Program-made: the position numbers and the translations under genes
Notes under the pieces: generated by a model
Told to the model about the DNA's origin: nothing
The model's input: only the letters and a program-made list of their open reading frames with translations
The model's database searches: none
In this document: positions 32,525 to 40,030 of the stretch, piece by piece
Numbering within the stretch: the stretch's first letter is position 1
How the letters are laid out: every line of letters begins with the position of its first letter
Source: Hyphomicrobiaceae bacterium
GTDB lineage: Bacteria > Pseudomonadota > Alphaproteobacteria > Rhizobiales > Hyphomicrobiaceae
Assembly (NCBI GenBank): GCA_035253505.1
Contig: DATFCC010000021.1
Span: 1 to 40,030, forward strand
DNA length: 40,030 nucleotides
Direction: 5' to 3'

Positions 32525-33874
32525 CTAGTTGCGGGCAAAACCCTCGATCTCCTTCGACGCCCAGTCCAGCGTCTTCGGCAGTGCCTCGCCCTGCGCGATG
32601 CGCAGGATCATCTTCGGCATGATGGCCTGCGTGTAGATCTGCGAGGCGATGGCGGGCGGTGCCGGTGCGCACGGTATGATCACCTGCTGGTCGCCCTTGT
32701 TGGGATAGTGCGAGAGCGTGCCCTTGGGCGGCTCCTGCTCGTCCCACGTCTTGAAGTCGTTGAACTTGACGTAGGGCGGCAGGTCGTATCCCTGGCAGGC
32801 GTCGACCAGCTTCATGGCCGCCTCGCGCGTGGAGACATGGGCCATCAGGCTCTTGGCCGCCGACTTGTTCTTGGAGAAGTTCCACACGCCCTGGAAACGC
32901 GGCAGCGTGGAGACGAAGCGGCCCTTGGGCCCTTTCGGCATGGCGTGGGTCCACAGCTGCTCGGCGACCCTCGGGGCGTCGCGCTTGGCCACCGCCCAGG
33001 CGCTCGGCGGATTGAAGATCAGCGAGCCCTTGCCCGCCACCAGCCACTTGTTGTTGGAGGCATTGTCCCAGGCCCCCACGTCGGGCGGCAGGAAGGTCGT
33101 CAGCCGCTGGCAGTACTCGAGCGCCTGGCGCACGGGGTCGGAGGTCAGGGTCAGGTTGCCCTTGGCGTCCACCAGCTCGGCACCGAACGCGTAGAACAAG
33201 GCGCCGACCCACTCGACGGCATCGGTGGTGACACCCAGCGGCAGCCCGAACGGCTGGCCGGCCTTGTGGCATTTCTCCGCCGCCGCGATGAACGCATCCC
33301 AGGTCCATTCGTCGGCAAGCTTGGTGGGCTGCTGCGCGGCCGGATACATGGCGAGGATGTCGATCCCCGCATGCTGCTTGAGCAGATCGATGCGGCTGTT
33401 GCAGGTGAGCAGCAGCGTGCCGCGAATGCCCGGCACCGCCAGCCATTGGCCATTGGGCTTGGCCAGGTACTCGAGCGCCGGGCTGACGGGCCCGTTCTTG
33501 CCCAGCACCTCCTTCATCACGTCATCGACCGGCTCGAGCAGCTTGGCGTACTGAGACGGCTCCCAGCCCGAGAAATCCATCACGTCGTGGCCCGATTTCG
33601 CCAGCGCCTCGGCCGCGATCGTCAGGTACAGCTTGTTGCCCTGGGTGGAGAGGTAGTCGATCGTCAGATTGACCTTCTCCTTGTCCGCCCATGCCTCGCA
33701 GATCTCGGTCATGGCCGTGTTGGCGCCGGGCACCCAGTGGTCCCACAGGCCGATCGACAGGCTGCCGGCGGCGCCGGCGGTGCGCACGAACGGCGCTGCA
33801 ACGGCGGCCGCGGATGCCGCGGCAGAGGTCGCCAACAGCCGGCGGCGCGTGAGTGTGTGTCGCGACACGTGCAT
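32525..33874 (-). CDS. Extracellular solute-binding protein (family 1, sugar/other-type), twin-arginine signal
   Basis: The ATG at 33874 lies in ORF 32525..34054(-). The N-terminus is MHVSRHTLTRRRLLATSAAASAAAVAAPFV. It lies upstream of the M20 gene on the same strand with an 88-bp gap. No permease genes are nearby. Confidence 0.85.
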   Translation of the reverse strand: MHVSRHTLTRRRLLATSAAASAAAVAAPFVRTAGAAGSLSIGLWDHWVPGANTAMTEICEAWADKEKVNLTIDYLSTQGNKLYLTIAAEALAKSGHDVMDFSGWEPSQYAKLLEPVDDVMKEVLGKNGPVSPALEYLAKPNGQWLAVPGIRGTLLLTCNSRIDLLKQHAGIDILAMYPAAQQPTKLADEWTWDAFIAAAEKCHKAGQPFGLPLGVTTDAVEWVGALFYAFGAELVDAKGNLTLTSDPVRQALEYCQRLTTFLPPDVGAWDNASNNKWLVAGKGSLIFNPPSAWAVAKRDAPRVAEQLWTHAMPKGPKGRFVSTLPRFQGVWNFSKNKSAAKSLMAHVSTREAAMKLVDACQGYDLPPYVKFNDFKTWDEQEPPKGTLSHYPNKGDQQVIIPCAPAPPAIASQIYTQAIMPKMILRIAQGEALPKTLDWASKEIEGFARN

Positions 33875-34162
33875 GTCCTCCCGGTCGTTGTCGGCCGCTT
33901 CGTTCTGCTCGTCGCGGGGACAAGCTCTGGGCCGCTCGTCTTTGGCGAGCCGTGGACAGCCCGCACGGATGGCGCAAGCGTGCACCGTGATTTCGCCCCA
34001 GGCAATCGGTTTATGCGCGCGGGCTCCCGCCGCGCGGTCCACGGCAAGTCGCAAAGCGCTAACTTCAGGTTAACGAATGACTTTCAAGCTGAACACGCAA
34101 GTAGAGTGATTCGCGTTTTTGGGCAGAACATCAACTGAAACGAGAGAAAGAGAGAACGTATC

Positions 34163-34309
34163 ATGGCTAAGACTGCAAAGAAGAAGGCGCCGCGCCGCCA
34201 GCCCGCCAAGAGGAAGTCGGCTTCCCGGCGTGCAGGTAGCATGCGTCGCAAGCCCGTCGCCAAGCGCACGGCCCGGAAGTCCCCGGCCCGTCGTCGCCGC
34301 GCGGCCTGA
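34163..34309 (+). CDS. Small, extremely basic Lys/Arg/Ala/Pro-rich protein (48 aa), histone H1-tail-like composition
   Basis: Not in the ORF track because it is too short. The ATG at 34163 follows a purine-rich GAGAGAAAGAGAGAA tract. It encodes MAKTAKKKAPRRQPAKRKSASRRAGSMRRKPVAKRTARKSPARRRRAA. A strong hairpin follows. Confidence 0.5.
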   Translation: MAKTAKKKAPRRQPAKRKSASRRAGSMRRKPVAKRTARKSPARRRRAA

Positions 34310-34322
34310 ACAGGTGAGTGCA

Positions 34323-34355
34323 TCCGGTCCGAGCCCCCTCGGGCTCAGGACCGGA
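34323..34355. terminator. Stem-loop between the convergent small basic ORF and rimO
   Basis: TCCGGTCCGAGCCC-cctc-GGGCTCAGGACCGGA (one bulge). It overlaps the rimO stop codon at 34345..34347. Confidence 0.55.
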
Positions 34356-35754
34356 GAGCCTCTTCCCGATCACGCACCTCCGCCCACAAATCGTAGTCGT
34401 CCGCGTCCGTCACCTGCGCCGCCACGATCTCGCCGGCCCTCAGGCCCGCCCGCGCTGACAGGTGCACCGAGCCGTCGATCTCCGGCGCGTCCCACTGCGA
34501 GCGCCCGACCACACCTTCGGCATCGACCTTGTCGACGATCACCTCGATCGTCTGCCCCACCCGCGCTGCCATCACCTCACCACTGATCGCCCGTTGCAGG
34601 GCCATCAGGCGGTGCCAGCGCTCCTCCTTCACCTCCTCCGGCACCGGATCGGCGAGCGCGTTGGCGGCGGCCCCCTCGACCGGCTCGTACTTGAAGCATC
34701 CGACCCGCGCCAGCCTGGCCTCCTGCAGCCAGTCGAGCAGGACCTGGAAGTCATCCTCCGTCTCGCCCGGGAAGCCGACGATGAACGTCGAGCGGATGGC
34801 GAGGTCGGGGCAGATCCGCCGCCACTCGGCCAGCCGCTCCAGCGTTCGCGCCTGGTGCGCCGGTCGCCGCATGGCCTTGAGCACGGCTGGCGCGGCGTGC
34901 TGGAAGGGAATGTCCAGATAGGGGAGAACCTTTCCCTCCGCCATCAACGGCAGCACCGCATCGACATGCGGATAGGGGTAGACGTAGTGCAGGCGCACCC
35001 AGGCGCCGAGCGAGCCGAGCTCGCGAGCCAGCTCCAGGAACCGTGCCTTGCGCGGCCGGCCTTTCCAGGTGCTTTCCGCGTAGCCGATATCGAGGCCGTA
35101 GGCGGACGTATCCTGGCTGATGACCAGCAGCTCCTTGACGCCCGCTTTGACGAGCCGTTCGGCCTCCGCCAGCACATGGGCCGCCGGGCGGCTCGCCAGC
35201 CGGCCCCGCAACTGCGGGATGATGCAGAACGAGCAGCGGTTGTTGCAGCCTTCCGAGATCTTCAGATAGGCGAAGTGGCGTGGCGTCAGGTGCAAGCCCT
35301 CGGGCGGCACCAGGTCGAGGAAGGGATCGTGCAGCGGCGGCACCGCTGCGTGCACGGCCGCCACCACCTCCTCGTACTGGTGGGGGCCCGTCACCGCCAG
35401 CACGCCGGGGTGGGCGGCCAGGATGCGCTCCTTCTCGACACCCAGGCAGCCTGTCACCACCACCTTGCCGTTCTCGGCCATGGCCTCGCCGATGGCGTCG
35501 AGGCTCTCCTGCTTGGCCGAATTGAGAAAGCCGCAGGTGTTGACCACCACGACGTCGGCGCCCGCATAGTCGGCCGATAGCTGATAGCCCTCCGAGCGCA
35601 GCTTGGTGATGATGCGTTCCGAATCCACCAGCGCCTTGGGGCAGCCGAGCGACACCAGGCCCACCCGCGGTGCCGGCCTGGGCTCAGCCCGGCGCGGCCG
35701 CGAGGAGGGCTTCGGAGGGGACTTGCTCCGGGCTTTGGCGGCGGTCTTCTGCAT
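34345..35754 (-). CDS. rimO: Ribosomal protein S12 methylthiotransferase (radical SAM)
   Basis: ORF 34345..35754(-). Matching blocks are [25 protein letters not shown], the radical-SAM motif CNNRCSFC, and a C-terminal TRAM-like region. The basic roughly 30-aa N-terminal extension may or may not be translated. Confidence 0.9.
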   Translation of the reverse strand: MQKTAAKARSKSPPKPSSRPRRAEPRPAPRVGLVSLGCPKALVDSERIITKLRSEGYQLSADYAGADVVVVNTCGFLNSAKQESLDAIGEAMAENGKVVVTGCLGVEKERILAAHPGVLAVTGPHQYEEVVAAVHAAVPPLHDPFLDLVPPEGLHLTPRHFAYLKISEGCNNRCSFCIIPQLRGRLASRPAAHVLAEAERLVKAGVKELLVISQDTSAYGLDIGYAESTWKGRPRKARFLELARELGSLGAWVRLHYVYPYPHVDAVLPLMAEGKVLPYLDIPFQHAAPAVLKAMRRPAHQARTLERLAEWRRICPDLAIRSTFIVGFPGETEDDFQVLLDWLQEARLARVGCFKYEPVEGAAANALADPVPEEVKEERWHRLMALQRAISGEVMAARVGQTIEVIVDKVDAEGVVGRSQWDAPEIDGSVHLSARAGLRAGEIVAAQVTDADDYDLWAEVRDREEALRS

Positions 35755-35820
35755 GGCCGGGCTTGTAGCCCGCGCCGCCCTCCACGCAAAGACGTAAAAG
35801 GTAAGCGAACGCGGGCAAAC

Positions 35821-35924
35821 GGGTCAGGCAATGGAAATGGGGTCAGACCCTCGGCACAGCGTTTCGAGTGGTCTCCCCCTTCAAGCGAGGGGTCTGACCC
35901 CGTCACCAGCACACGTCTGACCCC
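35821..35924. repeat. Cluster of family C repeats (GGGGTCAGACCC / GGGGTCTGACCCC)
   Basis: There are three cores, at 35839..35850, 35889..35901 and 35915..35924. They lie in the divergent region between rimO and the DUF992 gene. The block AGGGGTCTGACCCCGT is shared with 8275..8290. Confidence 0.65.
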
Positions 35925-36023
35925 GCCACCCCGCGGCGCTGCCTCCGCCTCAGAACGCAGCTTGGCCATGATTGCGTAGTCTTCTGGCCCGCGATTCGCG
36001 GGGTTCTCGATCGGAGGAAAGCC

Positions 36024-36497
36024 ATGTCGCGCTCTATCGCCATCCTCGGCGCCGTCATCGCCATGGCCGGCATCGGCGCATCCGAGGCGCAGGCTCAGGC
36101 GCGCGTGGAGGTGGGCGTTCTCACCTGCACGGTGCGCGGCGGCGCCGGCTTCATCGTCGGCTCCACCAAGGACCTGCGTTGCCACTTCAACAAGCCCGGC
36201 CGCGACGAATACTACCGCGGCACCATCAACAAGTTCGGCCTCGACATCGGCGTCACCCAGCAGACGGCGATCGCCTGGGCGGTATTCGCTCCCACCTCGA
36301 ACCTGCCGCCACGCTCGCTCAACGGCACCTACGGCGGCGTCAGCGCGGAGGCGACCGTTGGCCTGGGCGTCGGCGCCAATGCCCTCGTCGGCGGATCGAA
36401 CCGGTCGATCATCCTGCAGCCGCTGAGCGTGCAGGCCCAGCAGGGCCTCAACATCGCCGCCGGCATCGCCTCCCTGCAGCTCCGCGCCGATCGCTAG
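36024..36497 (+). CDS. DUF992-family secreted protein
   Basis: ORF 36024..36497(+). It has a signal peptide followed by VGVLTCTVRGGAGFIVGSTKDLRCHF...GLDIG...GVSAEATVGLGVGANALVGGS. Confidence 0.8.
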   Translation: MSRSIAILGAVIAMAGIGASEAQAQARVEVGVLTCTVRGGAGFIVGSTKDLRCHFNKPGRDEYYRGTINKFGLDIGVTQQTAIAWAVFAPTSNLPPRSLNGTYGGVSAEATVGLGVGANALVGGSNRSIILQPLSVQAQQGLNIAAGIASLQLRADR

Positions 36498-36498
36498 A

Positions 36499-37185
36499 CT
36501 AAAGCCGCAGCACGCGCAGCCAGCGGGCGACGTCGAGCAGGCTCATGGCCGCGGCGGCGACATAGGTGAATGCCGCCGCGCGCAGGATCTTTCTCGCGGC
36601 CGGCATGTCCTTGTCGTCCAGGTATCGCCCGGCCTCGAGCAAGGGCAGCGCGCGGCGGAAGCTTGCGTCGTACTCCACGGGCAGCGTGACAGCATGCAGC
36701 AGGATCGACAGCGCGAAGATCATCACGCCGACCAGCACCTCGACCAGGAGGATGTGCGGCGCCTTGGCCAGCACCAGCACGATGGGCGCCGCCAGCATCA
36801 CAATGGCAGCCACCTTCTCTGCCCGGATCGCCTGTTTGGCGAGCCGCGTGCGCGCCTGCAGCGGCGGATAGCCGGCGGCGTCCTGCATGGCGTGGCCGGC
36901 TTCGTGCGCCGCAATCACGACCGCCGCCAGCGAGCGGCCGTTGAGGTGGTCGGGCATCAGGCGGATCGCCTTGGCCTCCGGATCGTAGTGGTCGCCGATC
37001 TTCGATTCCTCCACCGTCACATGCGCGAGCTTCAGCTCACCGAGGATGTGCCGCGCGAACTCGCCGCCCGTGCCCGGAAAGTCCGGCCGATCCGCGCTGT
37101 GGGCATCGATCACGCGCCGCACCCACATCTGCGGCAGCACCGCGAGCGCGAAGATCACGGCCAGCACGATCAGCATCACGGCCAC
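36499..37185 (-). CDS. Membrane-anchored zinc metallopeptidase (Zn_peptidase_2-like, HExxH)
   Basis: ORF 36499..37185(-). It has an N-terminal TM segment, the motif VIAAHEAGHAMQD and C-terminal TM helices. Its stop is 1 bp from the convergent DUF992 stop. Confidence 0.85.
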   Translation of the reverse strand: MAVMLIVLAVIFALAVLPQMWVRRVIDAHSADRPDFPGTGGEFARHILGELKLAHVTVEESKIGDHYDPEAKAIRLMPDHLNGRSLAAVVIAAHEAGHAMQDAAGYPPLQARTRLAKQAIRAEKVAAIVMLAAPIVLVLAKAPHILLVEVLVGVMIFALSILLHAVTLPVEYDASFRRALPLLEAGRYLDDKDMPAARKILRAAAFTYVAAAAMSLLDVARWLRVLRL

Positions 37186-37211
37186 GGCCGTTCTCCGAGC
37201 CTACGTCCGCG

Positions 37212-38318
37212 CTATCCCCAGACCTCGCGCGAGAGGTCGACGATCATCTTCATCTTGGCCCACTGCTGTTCCTCGCTGAGGATGTTGCCCTCCTCTGTGG
37301 ACGCAAAGCCGCACTGCGGCGACAGGCAGAGCTGATCGAGCGGCGCATATCGCGCCGCCTCGTCGATGCGGCGCTTGATGTCGTCCTTCTTCTCCAGCGC
37401 GCCGCTCTTGGAGGTCACGAGACCCACCACCACGCGCTTCTTGCCCTTCGGCAGGAAACGCAGCGGCTCCAGCCCGCCGGCCCGCTCGGTGTCGTACTCC
37501 AGGAAGTAGCCATCGTAGTTGACGCCGCCGAGCAGCAGCTCCGCCACCGGCTCGTATCCGCCCTCGGAAATCCATGTGGAGCGGAAGTTGCCCCGGCAGA
37601 CATGCGTCGTGACCGTCATGTCGGCTGGCTTGGACTCGAGCGCCTTGTTGATCACGCGCGCATAAATGCCGGCGAGCCTGTCGGCGTCCTCGCCGCGCGC
37701 TCGCGCCTCCGCGAGCTGATCCTTCGAGCACAGGTAGGCCCACACGGTATCGTCGAGCTGCAGGTAGCGGCAGCCCGCATCATGGAAGGCCTTGATCGCC
37801 TTGCCGTAGAGCTTGGCGAGATCGTCGAAGTAGGCGTCCATGTCGGGATAGGCCTGCCGGCTGATGGCATTGCGGCCGCCCCGGAAGTGCATCACCGACG
37901 GCGATGGAATGGTCATCTTCGGCACAAGCTGCGTATTCGCCTTCACGAACCGGAAGTGGTCGAGCATCGGATGGTTCGCGGGAAAGTCGAGCTTGCCCGT
38001 GACCTTCAGGCTCTCGGGCTTGGTCTGGATGCCTTGGAACTGGATGCCGTGATCGAGCACCACGCGCTCGCACCCGTCCAGGTGCCAGAAGAAATCGAAG
38101 TGCCACCAGGAGCGGCGGAACTCGCCGTCGGTGGCAAGCTGCAACCCGATCTCCTCCTGTCTTCTGAGTATCTTGCCGATCTCCTGGTCCTCGACCCTCT
38201 TCAACTCGGCCGGCGTGATCTGTCCTTGCTCGGCCTTGGCGCGCGCCTCTTTCAGCGGCGCCGTGCGCAGCAGGCTGCCGACCATGTCGGCCCGGAATGG
38301 CGCAGTTGTCGTCGGCAT
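37212..38318 (-). CDS. Cobalamin-independent methionine synthase (MetE) C-terminal-domain-like protein
   Basis: The ATG at 38318 follows GGAGGAG and lies in ORF 37212..38468(-). Matching blocks are GEFRRSWWHFDF, YLQLDD, THVCRGNF and LSPQCGFAST, which carry the zinc ligands His/Cys/Cys. Confidence 0.85.
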   Translation of the reverse strand: MPTTTAPFRADMVGSLLRTAPLKEARAKAEQGQITPAELKRVEDQEIGKILRRQEEIGLQLATDGEFRRSWWHFDFFWHLDGCERVVLDHGIQFQGIQTKPESLKVTGKLDFPANHPMLDHFRFVKANTQLVPKMTIPSPSVMHFRGGRNAISRQAYPDMDAYFDDLAKLYGKAIKAFHDAGCRYLQLDDTVWAYLCSKDQLAEARARGEDADRLAGIYARVINKALESKPADMTVTTHVCRGNFRSTWISEGGYEPVAELLLGGVNYDGYFLEYDTERAGGLEPLRFLPKGKKRVVVGLVTSKSGALEKKDDIKRRIDEAARYAPLDQLCLSPQCGFASTEEGNILSEEQQWAKMKMIVDLSREVWG

Positions 38319-38580
38319 TGATCTCCTCCCTGTCGAAGGCTGCTCCAGGCAAGGCCGGTGGGCACCTCGGGCCGCAGCCCCGGCCCAGTATGGCGGCCGG
38401 CCCGGCAAATCCAAGGCCCCGCGTCCCCGCTTCTGCGCGCGGGCACGTTGCGCCTGGAGTTTTTCCATCTGGAGGATCGGCGCGTCTCACGGAACGGTCA
38501 TCCAGGGCTTGTCGAGGGGGCGGCTGGGGCGCTCACGATGGTTATGCCGCTCCTCAGCTCATCACGACGGTCGCGGCCCC

Positions 38581-38686
38581 CGGGTCCCGGCTCTGTGCGC
38601 TTCGCGCTCAGGCCGGGATGACAACGGGAGGCGCCGCGCCGCCAACTGTCATCCCGGAATTTCGCGAAGCGAAATATCCGGGACCC
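38581..38686. repeat. Inverted pair of family A-type half repeats
   Basis: CGGGTCCCGGctctgtgcgcttcgcgctcagGCCGGGATGAC -25 nt- GTCATCCCGGaatttcgcgaagcgaaatatCCGGGACCC. Each arm is itself a hairpin. Confidence 0.7.
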
Positions 38687-38793
38687 AGCCGTGCCAAGAC
38701 CACTCCGCCCGGGCCTTGCCGGAACCAGTTCTCAACCTGCTCCGGCGAGTGCGGTGAAAAATGCCCAGATGATCGTCGCGTCCTTTTCCTAAC

Positions 38794-39219
38794 CTAGCTG
38801 CCGATGAGCGCGGCGCGTATGGCCTCAGGCATCGGCGCCGACTTCAGCCGGGTCGGGTCGTCGGGATCGCGCACCGTCCACAGGCGCGTCTCGTTCCCCT
38901 CCAGCGCCACCACCCCGCCGCCCTTCGTGACGGTGTGGCGCACGAAGAAGCTGGAGCGCTTGATCTCGGTCACCTGGGATTGGATCTGCAGGTCCTCGCC
39001 ATAGTGGGATGCAACCTTGAAAGTCGCCCGTGCCTCCAGCAAGGCCAGGCCCGCGCCACCGTATTTCTCGAGCATGCGCAGCTTGATCAGGCCCGTCGCC
39101 TTCTCGAACAGGAGGATGGAGGAGGCATCGAACCACTCGAAGTAGCGCGGGTAGAAGACGATGCCGGCCGGATCGCAGTCGCCCCACTGCACGCGCACGG
39201 TACGGACGTTGCTGAGCAT
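38794..39219 (-). CDS. 4HBT-family acyl-CoA thioesterase (YbgC-like)
   Basis: The ATG at 39219 lies in ORF 38794..39513(-). It encodes MLSNVRTVRVQWGDCDPAGIVFYPRYFEWFD, with the catalytic Asp context. It starts 11 bp after the ligase stop. Confidence 0.85.
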   Translation of the reverse strand: MLSNVRTVRVQWGDCDPAGIVFYPRYFEWFDASSILLFEKATGLIKLRMLEKYGGAGLALLEARATFKVASHYGEDLQIQSQVTEIKRSSFFVRHTVTKGGGVVALEGNETRLWTVRDPDDPTRLKSAPMPEAIRAALIGS

Positions 39220-39230
39220 GCCTGGAGCTC

Positions 39231-40030
39231 TCAATCGATCGCGATCACGTCGGGTGGCGGCGGCAGGGTATAGAGCCGCCCCACCAGCGCCGCCCGCCGG
39301 GCAAGCACCGCACCCTGGTTGAGGTAGCCCTTGTCGGTGATCTCGTTGGCATCGATCGACGGTGGCTCGGCCAGCAGCAGGCAGCGCGCAACGCGCATGG
39401 AGCTGCCCCGGGCCTGGGCGTTGTGGCGCGCCAGGCCCGCGGCCAGCGCGCGTCGCACTTGCGGCGCGGCGATCAGCGCCTCCAGCGTTGCGTCCGGGCC
39501 CAGGTGCGGACATAGCCCCCGCATGCCGGCCAGGCTCGGAAAGATCAGCAGCGTTACCTCGTCGCGATCGTGCCCGGCGATCACGGCATCCTCGATCACC
39601 GGTGCGCCGGCGGCGATGACGGCCGGGCGCAGCATGCCGACGTTGACCCAGGTGCCCGACGTCAGCTTGAAGTTCTCCACCGTGCGGCCGTCGAACAGGA
39701 GGCCGGCGGCCGGATCGGCCGGGTCGGCAAGACGCACGGCGTCACCGGTCTTGAGCCAGCCGTCCTCGTCGAAGGCCTTGGCGGAGAGATCGGGCGCCTT
39801 GTAGTAGCCGGGCGTCACATTGGGCCCTTTGACGCGAATTTCCAGCTTGTCGCCCACGGGCGCCAGCTTGACCGCAATGCCGGGGCCGGGGAGGCCGATA
39901 TTGCCGGGCCGATCCATGGGGAAGTGCACGATGGTGGCGGCCGGCGCGGTCTCCGTGAGCCCCCACGAGGAGATGAAGGGGACCTTGCGCCCGCGCGCCT
40001 TCAGCCCCAGCGCCTCCAGCCGGTCCCACA
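39231..40030 (-). CDS. AMP-dependent CoA ligase, feruloyl-CoA synthase-like, C-terminal part; the gene runs off the right edge
   Basis: The frame of ORF 39231..39929(-) stays open to the window end (...WDRLEALGLKARGRKVPFISSWGLTETAPAATIVHFPMDRPGN...). Matching blocks are GLTET, GWLKTGD and IDANEITDKGYLNQGAVLARRAALV. Confidence 0.85.
   Translation of the reverse strand, partial: WDRLEALGLKARGRKVPFISSWGLTETAPAATIVHFPMDRPGNIGLPGPGIAVKLAPVGDKLEIRVKGPNVTPGYYKAPDLSAKAFDEDGWLKTGDAVRLADPADPAAGLLFDGRTVENFKLTSGTWVNVGMLRPAVIAAGAPVIEDAVIAGHDRDEVTLLIFPSLAGMRGLCPHLGPDATLEALIAAPQVRRALAAGLARHNAQARGSSMRVARCLLLAEPPSIDANEITDKGYLNQGAVLARRAALVGRLYTLPPPPDVIAID

Noticed and set aside
38319-38793. Possible cobalamin riboswitch in the 475-bp leader of the MetE-like gene
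   Set aside because: I read both strands for the B12 box (AGYCMGGAGACCKGCC-like) and the GCCACTG / GGTG-AA-TCC core. I found only loose resemblances, in the wrong order. The region is largely explained by the inverted repeat pair at 38581..38686. A covariance-model scan (Rfam cobalamin) would settle it.
39220-39513. N-terminal extension of the thioesterase ORF (38794..39513)
   Set aside because: The extension overlaps the 3' end of the CoA-ligase gene in another frame and is Arg/Gly/Pro-rich. The ATG at 39219 gives a canonical 4HBT N-terminus.

Overview
Very GC-rich chromosomal segment with the gene content and intergenic repeat families typical of an alphaproteobacterium, probably Rhizobiales-like. 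It is densely packed with ordinary metabolic and housekeeping genes.

Confidently recognisable genes:
- a partial amidase plus an MlrC-family peptidase
- a divergent HU / H-NS nucleoid-protein pair
- a metC-like lyase, FMN 2-hydroxyacid dehydrogenase and cyclase-family run, followed by a frameshifted two-domain rhodanese
- a LivKHMGF-type ABC importer, followed by a translationally coupled Rieske oxygenase and glutamine-synthetase-like ligase
- gcdH, mtnA, apt, rlmJ, cspA and rimO
- three periplasmic solute-binding proteins, an M20 peptidase, an acetyl-CoA hydrolase/transferase-family protein and a MetE-like protein
- a 4HBT thioesterase and a partial feruloyl-CoA-synthase-like ligase

I saw no rRNA, tRNA, CRISPR array, transposase or integrase.

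Most noteworthy observations:
1. An orphan phage/GTA tail-fibre-like protein with an embedded SGNH esterase domain.
2. A tandem pair of secreted Gly/Tyr/His/Arg-rich paralogues that share a two-cysteine C-terminal motif.
3. The Rieske + GS-like pair, which has no reductase or hydrolase partner.
4. A +1 frameshift in a C7 tract of the sulfurtransferase gene. The gene is bracketed by direct copies of a composite repeat.
5. A 48-codon, very basic ORF that is absent from the ORF track.
6. At least four families of REP-like palindromic intergenic repeats.

All functional calls come from reading translated motifs from memory of the protein families. No database search was possible. Many of the long ORFs in the track are antisense or out-of-frame shadow ORFs.
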